In this document: positions 52,722 through 64,000 of the stretch, one piece after another | How positions within the stretch are numbered: position 1 is the first letter of the stretch | How the letters are laid out: every line of letters starts with the position of its first letter | From: Octopus sinensis | Lineage: Eukaryota | Reading direction: 5' to 3' | Assembly (NCBI RefSeq): GCF_006345805.1 | Contig: NC_042997.1 | Coordinates: 9,052,001-9,116,000 of the forward strand | Length of the DNA: 64,000 bases | The notes under the pieces: model-generated | The model's input: the letters and a program-made list of their open reading frames with translations, nothing else | Told to the model about the DNA's origin: nothing | The model's database searches: none | Translations under genes and position numbers: made by a program

Positions 52722-52932
52722 TTTTCTACTCTAGGCACAAGGTCCAAAATTTGGGGGGAGGGGGCTAGTCGATTAGATCGACTCCAGTGCACAACTGGTA
52801 CTTAATCTATCGACCCTGAAAGGATGAAAGGCAAAGTCAACCTCGGCAGAGTTTGAACTCAGAACATAGATTAACGAAATACTGCTAAGGATTTCGTCCG
52901 GCATGCAAACGCTTCTGCCAGCTCGCCACCTT
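52722..52932 (-). mobile_element. SINE family B
   Basis: Reverse complement of SINE B. Confidence 0.8.
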
Positions 52933-53479
52933 CAAGAACAAATGACCGTAAATTTGTGCAAATGTAAAGAGAAAAGCTAGAGAATTCCATCAACCTAGCT
53001 GTTACATTTAAAATATTATGGCAGTTAAAGAATGTGTCACTCATACTATTTGTAATGAATATCTGGGGTACAGGTATGGCTGTATGGTTATGAAGTTTAC
53101 TTTTGAATTTGAACCAAGGGATTAAAGGTTTGATACATCTGTGTGAATATTTTGGGCTGATGTTCTATACTACAGCGACAGGATGACCAATATCTTGTGA
53201 TCGAAATTTGTAGACAGTAACTGAAGAAACCATGAAAATAGTATCCAGTACAATATATAAAATGGTTGGCATTAAGAAGGGCATTAAACTGTGGAAACTG
53301 TCACTTGGAGCAGCTTTCCAGTTAGCTGGTTCCTATCAAATCATCCAACTTATGCCAACATGGAAAAAGAGATATTAAATGATGATGATGATGTGGATAG
53401 TGGTGGTTGTGGTAGTAGTGGGGGCGGGGAGTAATGATGATGATGATCAATGTTATATATTTGGTAAACTTAGATATGT

Positions 53480-53745
53480 TTTGGTCAAAAATTTGCCCAG
53501 GCTATATTTACTTTTATAGCACCATCTGATAGATTCTCTTAAGTCATTTTCAATTTCAACTTTTGTGGTATCATGGCCCATTGAAATCGGAGGGTTTTGT
53601 TGGGTGTATCCAGGTATAAGCAACTTGCCTGGTGTCCCTTGAAATTTGTCCAGATGTCCATTTGAAGGTGATGAGATCTTTTCTACTTTGATTTGTTTTG
53701 GAATAACATTAAATAGTGCAGGGCCTGTTGAGGAAAAGTCAGATA
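53480..53745 (-). mobile_element. CR1-group LINE 3' end
   Basis: SSTGPALFNVIPKQIK...LDKF...IPGY, similar in type to 18495-18840. Confidence 0.55.
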
Positions 53746-53785
53746 TATACATGCATACACACACACACATACATATGTGTGTATA

Positions 53786-53786
53786 T

Positions 53787-53818
<32 letters not shown>

Positions 53819-53970
53819 TTAGCATCCGCTTTCCATGCTAGCATGGGTTGGACGATTCAACTGGGGTTGTGAAGGTGGAGGCTTCATCAGGCCCAGTCAG
53901 ATCTGGCAGTGTTCTACGGCTGGATGCCCTTCCTAACGCCAACCACTTGAGTGAGTGGGTGCGCTTTACA
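53786..53970 (-). mobile_element. RTE 3'-tail fragment
   Basis: (CAT)n...CCATGCTAGCATGGGTTGGACG...GATGCCCTTCCTAACGCC. Confidence 0.8.
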
Positions 53971-53978
53971 TGCCCCCG

Positions 53979-54023
<45 letters not shown>

Positions 54024-54033
54024 TATATATGCT

Positions 54034-54364
54034 GAGACCCCCTTCGGTCATGACTGACCTTGGGATTGCACCTAGAAAGTTACCCTCCCAGGCACAAGTC
54101 TGGGCAAGGTTGTTTATGGAAAACCAGCAGTCACCCAAGCATACCGGCCTCCCCTCTCCATGCCACCAGTATTATCCAAAGGAAAGGCAACAGCCAATAC
54201 AGCTTGGCACCTGTGATGTCGCAACTCATTTCTACAGCTGAGTGAACTGGAGCAACGTGAAATAAAGTGTCTTGTTCAAGAACACAACATGCAGCCCGGT
54301 CCGGGATTCGAACTCACAACCTTATGATTGTAAGTTCGATGCTCTAACCACTGAACCATGCACC
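54034..54364 (-). mobile_element. tRNA-derived SINE family D, full length
   Basis: Minus-strand head GGTGCATGGTTCAGTGGTTAGAGC...GAGTTCGAATCCC, then a CTTGAACAAGACACTT...CTCCAGTTCACTCAGCTG body. Confidence 0.85.
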
Positions 54365-55097
54365 TTCACATATATATATATATGTATATAGTCCAACCCA
54401 TGCTAGCATGGAAAGCGGACGTTAAATGATGAATGATATATACATATATATATATATGCAGGTATGTGCATGTATTAATGTGACTGATATCATATTTTCT
54501 CCTTGTTGCTATGCATGTTTGCTGAGTGGAAAGAATATCAGCATCCTTACTAACAATACAAACAGCGTCATATGCTTACAGTCAACTACAAAATCATACC
54601 ATACTTCTTGATAATTTGTGTGATCTTTGTAACTAAAACAGCAGCTTCTAACTGTGCTTGAGTTGTTTGTTGTTCAATGAACAAAAGTATTTTTACCTTA
54701 CATGGAAACAGGTAAGGGCTGGCAGCAAGAAAGGCACTTGACTATGGAGAATATGCTTCAATGAATTGTGTCTGATTCATGCAAGCATGGAAAAGTGAAC
54801 TTTAAATGATGATAACAACAACAATGATGATGATGATGATCATTACTATTATTATTCTCATTTTGTTAACTTTGAATATCAGTGTTGAGCCTGAATAATA
54901 ATTCTTGTCATCTTGAAATAACAAATGGAGAACAATATCCGAAACACACAACCATTTGGATGAAAAAGAAAAACGTATCATAAACCTACAAAACAAACAT
55001 AAAACTCAAGACTAGTTGGAAGATACAGATGCAGAACTGGTTGTCTACACATGAATATGCTGAAGTAATTTATTTTACATTTGTTATTTACAATATA

Positions 55098-57044
55098 GGT
55101 GTAGGAGTGGCTGTGTGGTAAGTAGCTTGCTTACGAATCACATGGTTCCAGGTTCAGTCCCAATGCGTGGCAAGTGTCTTTGGGCAAGTGTCTTCTACTG
55201 TAGCCTCGTGCTGACCAAAGCCTTGTGAGTGGATTTGGTAGACAGAAACTGAAAGAAGCCCATTATATCATCATCATCATCATCATCATCGTTTAACGTC
55301 CGTTCTCCATGCTAGCATGGGTTGGACGCGGTTCGACCGGGGATCTGGAAAGCCAGAAGGCTGCAGCAGGCTCCAGTCTTATCTGGCAGTGTTTCTACAG
55401 CTGGATGCCCTTCCTAACGCCAACCACTCCGTGAGTGTAGTGGGTGTTTTACGTGCCACCTGCACGGTGCCAGGCGAGGCTGGCAACGGCCACGGTCGGA
55501 TTGGTGTATTTTATGTGCCACCTGCACGGAAGCCAAACGAGGGGGTGCTGGCATCGGCCACGAGTCGGATAGTGCTTTTTACGTACCACCAGACCAGGGA
55601 TCCTGGCTGGTTCAATTCGATTTCGATTTCGCTTGCCCCAACATGTCTTCGCAAGCAAGGGGGTTGGCATGGGTACCTGTCGTACGGTCAGATTGGTGTA
55701 TTTTACGTGCCACCGGCACGGAAGCCAGTGGAGGCGGCGCTGGCATCGGCCACGAGTCGGATAGTGCTTTTTACGTACCACCAGACCAGGGATCCTGGCC
55801 GGTTCAATTCGATTTCGATTTCGTTTTCGCTTGCCCCAACATGTCTTCGCAAGCAAGGGGGTTGGCATGGTGCCTGTCGTACGGTCAGATTGGTGTATTT
55901 TACATGCCACCGGCACGGAAGCCAGTGGAGGTGGCGCTGGCATCGGCCATGAGTCGGATAGTGCTTTTTACGTACCACCAGACCAGGGATCCTGGCCGGT
56001 TCAATTCGATTTCGATTCGTTTTCGCTTGCCCCAACATGTCTTCGCAAGCAAGGGGGTTGGCATGGGTGCTGTCGTACGGTCAGATTGGCGTATTTTACG
56101 TGCCACGGCACGGAACCAGTGGAAGGCATCGGCCACGAGTCGGATAGTGCTTTTTACGTACCACCAGACCAGGGATCCTGGCTGTTCAATTCGATTTCGC
56201 TTGCCCCAACATGTCTTCGCAAGCAAGGGGGTTGGCATGGGTGCCTGTCGTTGGATGAGGTTCTATATCGACTTCGCTGCCTCAACAGGTCTTTGTGTGC
56301 AAGGGAGGAAAGGCATTCATAAGTGGGCTGGGCTCACTTGTCCTGCCTGGTCTTCTCACATACAGAATATTTCCAAAGGTCTCGGTCGCTGGTCATTTCC
56401 TCAGTGAGGCCTAAAGTTCGAAGGTCGTGCTTCACCACCTCGTCCCAGGTTTTCCTGGGTCTACCTCTTCCACGGGTTCCCTCAACTGCTAGGATTGGCA
56501 CTTTCTCACACACCTATCTTCATCCATTCTCGCCACATGACCATACCAGCGCAATCGTCTCTCTTGCACACCACAACTGATGCCTCTTAGGTACAACATT
56601 TCTCTCAAGGTGCTAACGCTCTGTCGAGTATGTACACTGACATTACACATCCATCGGAGCATACTGGCTTCATTCCTCACGAGCTTACGCATGTCCTCGG
56701 CAGTCACGGCCCATGTTTCACTGCCATGTAGCATGGCTGTTCGTACACACGCATCATACAGTCTGCCTTTTACTCTGAGCGAGAGGCCTTTAGTCACCAG
56801 CAGAGGTAAGAGCTCCCTAAACTTTGCCCAGGCTATTCTTATTCTAGCAGTTACACTTTCAGCGCACCCACCCCCACTACTGACTTGGTCACCTAGATAA
56901 CAGAAACTATCAACTACTTCTAGTTTTTCCCCCTGGAAAGTGACGGAAGTTATTTTCTGCAGATTTTCGGAGGTTAATGCTCCCGAGCATCTGCCACATA
57001 CAAAAACTATCTTCCCAGTTAGCCTACCTTTGACATTGCTGCAC

Positions 57045-57093
<49 letters not shown>

Positions 57094-57315
57094 ATGCTTG
57101 TGTGTCTGTGTTTGTCCCCCCAACATCACTTGACAACCGATGCTGGTGTTTTTACATCCCCATAACTTAGTGGTTCGACAAAAGAGACTGATAGAATAAT
57201 TACTTGGCTTACAAAGAATAAGTCCTAGGGGCGATTTGCTCAACTAAAGGTGGGGCTCCAGCATGACCACAGTCAGATGACTGAAACAAGTAAAAGTGTA
57301 AAAAGAGAGAGAAAA
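55098..57315 (+). mobile_element. SINE A split by RTE copy 2
   Basis: Head 55098-55265; (TA)n and tail at 57049-57315. Confidence 0.8.
55268..57045 (-). mobile_element. RTE LINE copy 2, 5'-truncated within the PHD-like finger
   Basis: ORF 56489-57136 matches copy 1 (CSNVKGRLTGKIVFVCGRC...RRLRWYGHVARM); four 3' UTR repeat units. Confidence 0.95.
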
Positions 57316-58473
57316 AGAGTATAGTTTTGCATGAATTATTTTACACTACTTTCCCGTGTACCTATATGTTAAAAAATCGAGGGTAAAAAAAAAGGAAACA
57401 AGAATGCCATTTAAGCTATAAACTATTTTATCACTGTAAGAAATGTCCAACTTGATAAACTGTTGAATTTAGCTTAATTCATTTGTCTCAGGTTATGTCA
57501 TGCTGGTGATTCTAAAAAAGGATGATATAACACTATATAATACTACCAATGACAAAAAACTTTAAGAACTTTATAATGTGTAAAAAAAAATATTAAATGC
57601 TATTCTTTTCTTCTTTAATGTAAATTACAAATGTTCAAAACTGCCCCAATTTAATCCAGAATACATTGTCTCTCCTATAATCGATAAACCACTAGAGGCC
57701 CGCTATGTATTTACTATACAGTTATGTAAAAATTAATTTATTCTACTTGATGGCTATACATGTTTATCCTTAGACCTACAAGTGTTTTACAAAGGTGATT
57801 ACAGGTGGTCCATATCAAATTTATATTATTTTGAGCAATATGGACATGAAGATAACTAGTTGATCTGGCTACAAAACCACAATTCCATCAACGATAGTTT
57901 GTAAGTTTATAAACATTTTGGTAAATAAGTATTCTATTCTCAAGCAGCATGTTATGATGTAGAACTCTTTGTGCCTCCAATTTAGCAAGTTTTTATATAA
58001 CAATAGCTTCTCCAGCCCATTCAACTTCTTGCAACAGCCTCGATTTCTCCTAACTATGCTAATACTACATGTGTACTTGACTGCAATTTTCTTTACAAAT
58101 AGCCATTTTCAGACATTTTCAGAGTGTGTAATGGCTTTACTTCATTAGAAAATGCAATGTATCATTGGTAAATGTGTACTTTTAAAACACTTACCTTCAC
58201 TTAGAGATTTTACACACATAACTCACAGGACAGTGAAACTGAATTGTTCAACACCTACATCATATGTATGCTGAGCATTCCTCTGCTTAATGCCAAAGCA
58301 CAAAAGGAAGTTGAAACAGACTGTTTTTATTCCCATTTCGAATGAACACCTTGTATAGGTGTCTGTGAATGAGGTGTGCACATGTGTGTGGGTATGTGTG
58401 TATATGCAGGTATCGATGTATATTTGTCTATCTGTCAGTCTCTCTCTCTTTCTCCCTGTCTCCATACACACAC

Positions 58474-58890
58474 AGGCGCAGGAGTGGCTGTGTGGTAAGT
58501 AGCTTGCTAACCAACCACATGGTTCCGGGTTCAGTCCCGCTGCGTGGCATCTTGGGCAAGTGTCTTCTGCAATAGCCCCGGGCCGACCAATGCCTTGTGA
58601 GTGGATTTGGTAGACGGAAACTGAAAGAAGCCCGTCGTATATATGTATATATGTATATATATATATATATGTGTGTGTATGTTTGTGTGTTGTATTTGCC
58701 CCCCCTGACCCAACATTGCTTGACAACCGATGCTGGTGTGTTTACGTCCCCGTCATTTAGCGGTTCGGCAAAAGAGACCGATAGAATAAGTAATGGGCTT
58801 ACAAAGAATAAGTCCCGGGGTCGATTTGCTTGACTAAAGGCGGTGCTCCAGCATGGCCGCAGTCAAATGACTGAAACAAGTAAAGAGAAA
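58474..58890 (+). mobile_element. SINE family A, full length
   Basis: Closest to the inferred consensus. Confidence 0.9.
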
Positions 58891-59408
58891 GAGAAAGAGA
58901 AAGAGACACATACATACATCATGTTATAGAGTGTTCTGGGGTACATTTGTTTCACTAGTGCTAGTACCATGCATATAACTCTCCATACCTTCTGTAAATC
59001 TGTAGAAACCATACCAAAAACAGACATTGGAATTTGACACAGTTCTCTGCACTCATCAAATCCTATAGACCATCCAACCCACGACAGCACAAAATCATGG
59101 TTTCAGTTCCTACACCAGGTGGTAGATTGTGTTCCTGAGCAAAAATACTTAATCTCACATTGCTCTGTGATCACTTTGAAGCTTGATGAATGGTACGCCA
59201 TACACCTGTTCAGACAACTTAGATTTGATGGAGGAAGTGAGATAATGTACAACATGGACACTTGATCACTATAAACAAATCATTTGTGCAGGTCATTTGG
59301 CAAAAGCTGAACATTCATATGTCATCTGCAATGGGAGATATATCATCATATATATATATGCATATTTTTATATCTGTCTATACACACACACATAGACATA
59401 CACACACA

Positions 59409-59446
<38 letters not shown>

Positions 59447-59454
59447 TGATAAAT

Positions 59455-59855
59455 ATATGGCTGTGTGGTAAGCAGCTTGCTTACGAACCACATGGTTCTG
59501 GGTTCAGTCCCACTGCGTGGCACCTTGGGCAAGTATCTTCTACTATAGCCTCGGGCCGACCAAAGCCTTGTGAGTGGATTTGGTAGATGGAAACTGAAAG
59601 AAGTCCATCGTATATATGTATATATATATATATATATATATGCATGTGTGTCTTTGTTTCCCCCCCCCCCAACATCGCTTGACAACCGATGCTGGTGTGT
59701 TTCCATCCCCGTAACTTGGTTTGGCAAAAAGTGACCGATAGAATAAGTACTAGGCTTACAAAGAATAAGTCCTGTGGTCGATTTGCTCGACTAAAGGCAG
59801 TGCTCCAGCATGGCCACAGTCAAATGACTGAAGCAAGTAAAAGAGTAAAAGAGTA
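59455..59855 (+). mobile_element. SINE family A
   Basis: Slightly 5'-clipped head, internal tract and tail. Confidence 0.85.
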
Positions 59856-59873
59856 AACCAATGTTTGCCTTAG

Positions 59874-59911
<38 letters not shown>

Positions 59912-60219
59912 TATATATGTGTGTGTGTGTGTGTGTGTGTATGTTAAATAAAATGAGACAACAAAGCCTAGGCAGTGTGAAATTTTTAGGACATTTACAA
60001 AGAAAAAGGTAGACTTCCTCTCTCTTTATAAATGCCTTAAAAAGTTCACACTGCCTTGGCTGTGTTGTCTCATTTTATTTAACATATACATGCTAACATA
60101 AGACCCACATTAAACTTCTCGATCATATTATTATTGAACTGAGAGTCTAACTACAGTCATTCCATAACACTTACATAGCCTTATCTGCCATTTTAGGTTT
60201 TCTGGATACCAATACTTCT

Positions 60220-60255
<36 letters not shown>

Positions 60256-60481
60256 TGTATATAAATATATGCATATAGAGCCATATGTGTATTTGATTCC
60301 CAGACTGGGCTGTATATTGTGTTCTTGAGCAAGACACTTTATTCATGTTGCTGCAGTTCACTCAGCTGTAGGAATCAGTTGTGATGTTACTGGTGCCAAG
60401 CTGTACTGGCCTTTGCCTTTCCCTTGGTATTGATACTGTGTTACCACTTGGATAGTGGTAATGTGTCACATAATCATATAT

Positions 60482-60515
<34 letters not shown>

Positions 60516-60520
<5 letters not shown>

Positions 60521-60951
60521 AAATTTAAAGGACTGACCACTAAAAGTGGACGGTCAATATGCTAGATATAGACGTTAAAATCGCTATTTTCCATGAAGAA
60601 TGTGTTCTCAAGAAAAAACTCAGCACAAAACCAAAGTGTAACAAATAAGTAAAACAAATGAAAATATACGAAATCAAAAACGATTACCTATGCGATTACC
60701 AGACTATGCTGATGAGCTTGCAGATTTTCGTGTATACATATGCATGAATATTAACAAGTGAAACTGATTGGTACATATGTAATAGTTTTTGATTTCGTAT
60801 ATTTTTTGTTTGTCTTACTTATTTGTTACACTTTGGTTTTGTGCTGAGTTTTTTCTTGAGAACACATTCTTCGCGGAAAATAGCGATTTTGACGTCTATA
60901 TCTAGCATATTGACCGTCCACTTTTAGTAGTCAGTCCTTTAAATTTTGTAT
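60516..60951. repeat. Fold-back with ~177-bp arms around a hammerhead
   Basis: Arms 60516-60692 and 60774-60951. Confidence 0.9.
60705..60777 (+). ncRNA. Type I hammerhead ribozyme motif
   Basis: TATG-CTGATGA-GCTTG-(34 nt)-CAAGT-GAAA-CT GATT GG-TA-CATA; canonical core, predicted cut after 60773. Confidence 0.65.
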
Positions 60952-61041
60952 GTAATAAAAAATTTTAATCTTCGGATTTTTTTAATATGCTAGGCCACTG
61001 GTTTTAATTGATTAACATCAATTTCTACCCTTATTCAATTT

Positions 61042-61093
<52 letters not shown>

Positions 61094-61106
61094 TGTATGC
61101 ATGTAT

Positions 61107-61976
61107 ATAAGAAGGGATGGTATTATTAAAATACCATCACGTGTGGCAAGCAAGTTCAGCTGTACAGGCAAATTATTGATATTAATAAAATATATACATA
61201 CAAGACGTACTTGTATATATATATATATATATATATACATACAGGAAGGCACCACATGAGCACCTGCATCACTTAAAATAGAAGTCAAAAATACTTCTGT
61301 AACATAGGATAGTCACAAATCTACTACAGACATGGTAGGAAAAAATTCCAGTGAACATTAAAAACGTGTTACCTCTGCTAGGTCAGCACAACCAATACCG
61401 GTCAACTTGGAACTGATTTCAAAATTAGCACCAAATAGGTTCCTTTTTTTCTTCAGCCAAAGTCTGCCAACTTACTACTGCTAATATTTTCCCCCACCAT
61501 ACTTACAAAAGTTTGTTTAAAGTGACCAAACACTATTTAAACAAACAAAATTCATGAAATTATTTGTAAATAAATATAAGAAGAGATGGTATTATTGAAA
61601 TGCCATCACCGGTGGCAAGTGAGTTAACAGCCATACAAGCAAATTAATAAAATATATACATACAATGCAAGATATGTACTTATATATAATATATAATCAA
61701 ATTAAGCAACAGGATATCAGTTAGTGATGCATTACAATTGTTTCAAGCACTTACATCGCTTAAAATAGAGGTCAAAAATTCTTCTGTACCACAGAATATT
61801 CACAAATCTACTATAGGCATGGTAGGAAAAAATTCCAGTGAACATTAAAAATGTCTTAACTCTGCTAGGTCAGCACAAGAAATATATATATATATGTGTG
61901 TGTGATGGCACCAAATGAGCACCTACATCGCTTAAAATAGAAGTCAAAAATACTTCTGTACCACAGAATAGTCACA
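61107..61976. repeat. Local direct duplication (61107-61390, 61576-61879, partial third copy 61907-61976)
   Basis: Shared ATAAGAAG.GATGGTATTATT... and CTTAAAATAGA.GTCAAAAA...CTGCTAGGTCAGCACAA blocks. Confidence 0.85.
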
Positions 61977-61995
61977 CATATATATATATATATAT

Positions 61996-62553
61996 ATTAA
62001 CAATTAAGGAACGGCCATAATAGGCCATTCACCCACTAGAAATAACAGCCAAAGCTTCTACCGCAAATAAAGATTAATTCCGTAAACAGGAGAAAATTAA
62101 AAAAACATTTACCCTGTAATTTCTTGTACGGTATACCGTTTCATCCGCTGTTTAATGGCATACTAACCTGATTAATTAAATCAAGCCAATCTTCCATAAG
62201 CCCTCGGATTCTTCAGCAAGAAATAGCTCAAGACGGAACAGATATATACACGAGGCATACCCAATCTTGCCAAGTCAATATCTGACCTAAAATTTTCAAA
62301 TCGTCGCACTCGCGCCAAATTTATCGGCAGCAAATAAATATCAGCCGTCGATTCCATTACGGAATTAACCAAAAAATTCATAATTAATCAATATACATTT
62401 ACCCTGTAATTTCTTGTAATTTCAAGAAATTACAGGGTAAATGTTTTTTTAATTTTCTCCTGTTTACGGAATTAATCTTTATTTGCGGTAGAAGCTTTGG
62501 CTGTTATTTCTAGTGGGTGAATGGCCTATTATGGCCGTTCCTTAATTGTTAAT
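61996..62553. mobile_element. Non-autonomous element with perfect 131-bp terminal inverted repeats
   Basis: Arms 61996-62126 and 62423-62553 match base for base by eye; ends TTAACAATTAAGG...CCTTAATTGTTAA. Confidence 0.8.
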
Positions 62554-62698
62554 GTTGAACTTAAAAATGGTCTATGACTATTTAATTTTTTTCCCGCTGG
62601 GCCGCTGGTGGCAATAAAATTCTACAAAATTTTCCTTGCCACCCTATATTGATTAATTATATATATATATATATATATATGCACACACACACATACAT

Positions 62699-62751
<53 letters not shown>

Positions 62752-63324
62752 TACACACATATATACTTACATAAACACATGTGCACATTTTTACCATGAC
62801 AGCATGGTAAAAATATGTATCAAAAGGAAAACAAAAATATACCTATGTGAGTACAGAATGGTTTCCTCAAAGTATAATGTACAATTTCACATAAACAAAA
62901 GAGAGATAATCATTCCTTTCAGCCTATGTGCATGTATCAAATACACTTAAATTCAAATAAAGCACTGAACAAAACGAAATGTGTGACATAAACATCCCCA
63001 AGAGGATTATACTGGTATATGAAAACATTAAATGCTTGAATATATCTGCACATTTAAAGAGATGGAATTCTGGGATATGACTGAAGTTGTCATCATCTCA
63101 TTAAGAAAATTTATTGCAAACAAAAGAATATGCCTTGCTCACAGTTCCTAGTTTAAAAATAAGAAATCAGTAATAGAAGTAAAGCCAAACATAAATTTCT
63201 TAATGTGTTTCTTCTTCTTAAGACCTTCTCTCCCACTGGTGCTGAGGCCATCAATGACAAGTCTCCACTGTTCTCAGTTCTGGACTATACTTTCTGCCCC
63301 TCTCCCTGATCTTGGTTTTGTTTT

Positions 63325-63822
63325 GTCGTTGATTTCGATGACTGGCATCCATGCTAGTGAAGTGCTAAGAGTACCATACGAGTGAGATCGTTGCCAGAGC
63401 AACAAGCTGACCTCCGTGCCGATGGCATGTTAAAAACACCAATCAATGGTGTTTTTAACGAAACCCGTTAAAAACATCCTTTGTGATCATTACCTGTATC
63501 GCCTTACTAGCACTTGTGCTGGTGGCACGTGAAAAAACATTCAAGCGAGGTTGTTGCCTGTGCAGGTGGCACATAAAAGGCACCATTTGAGCGTGGCTGT
63601 TGCCAGTACCACCTGACTGGCCCTCATGCCGGTGGCACGTAAAAGCACCCACTACACTCTCAGAGTGTTTGGCATTAGGAAGGGCATCCAGCTGTAGAAA
63701 CTCTGCCAGATCAGATTGGAGTCTGGTGCAGCCATCTAGTTTGCCAGATCTCAGTCAAATTGTCCAACCCATGCTAGCATGGAAAGCGGACTTTAAATGA
63801 TGATGATGATGATGATGATGAT
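63325..63822 (+). mobile_element. RTE 3'-tail fragment with subrepeat ladder
   Basis: GGCAC(G/A)T(A/G)AAA subrepeats, GGAAGGGCATCCAGCTGTAG, (GAT)n tail. Confidence 0.85.
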
Positions 63823-64000
63823 AATGTTTCTGTAACTTAGCTTTTTGTAGGTAGGTATGTTGGCCCAATGTAACATTTGATGCTTAGTATCACTTACAAA
63901 GCAATGGTTTATGGTAAGGGTTAGGGTCATGAATAAGTTGAAGGATTAAATATGAGCAAGACTTAAGGACGTATACCATAATGCAATTTACATGACATCA

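Noticed and set aside
55450-56260. CRISPR-like repeat array (also 29620-30230)
   Set aside because: The units are contiguous tandem copies with no unique spacers, they lie in the RTE 3' UTR, and there are no cas genes in this animal-type DNA.
55317-56407. Long GC-rich ORFs of 200-250 aa (also 29470-30323)
   Set aside because: They are periodic translations of the 3' UTR tandem repeat, open on both strands and not conserved in frame between copies.
58966-59060. Exon-like minus-strand segment GFDECRELCQIPMSVFGMVSTDLQK
   Set aside because: The sequence parallels the diverged RTE-tail repeat (GGTTGGATGG...TTTGG.ATGGTTTCTACAG).
62181-62381. 66-aa ORF inside the TIR element as a recombinase fragment
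   Set aside because: No recognisable catalytic motif, and too short to assign.
63910-63930. Telomere-like TAAGGGTTAGGG (also TAACCCTAA near 5915)
   Set aside because: One or two units only; not an array.

Overview
AT-rich, repeat-saturated animal genomic DNA. The SINE, RTE, R4/Dong, Penelope and MITE repertoire and the microsatellite density match what I recall of Octopus genomes; the species is inferred, not proven. I can support no host protein-coding gene, rRNA, true tRNA or CRISPR array, and almost all listed ORFs are microsatellite or transposon artefacts. Retroelements: two near-identical 5'-truncated RTE LINEs in opposite orientation (27.5-30.4 kb and 55.3-57.0 kb) plus many RTE 3' tails; R4/Dong, CR1-like and Penelope-like (GIY-YIG) remnants; and dozens of tRNA-derived SINEs in at least four families. 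DNA transposons: maT, mariner and pogo remnants, piggyBac-like and other MITEs. Also several long fold-back palindromes. The main unexpected signal is five type I hammerhead-ribozyme-like folds in small Penelope-type units. Two sit at the centre of fold-backs, one lies between directly repeated palindromes, and two copies carry a compensatory G3:C8 swap of the catalytic-core C3:G8 pair. Also notable: a C4HC3 PHD-like finger inside the RTE ORF2, and a 160-bp near-perfect inverted duplication around a 4.7-kb segment. All coordinates were read by eye, so boundaries of degenerate repeats are approximate.
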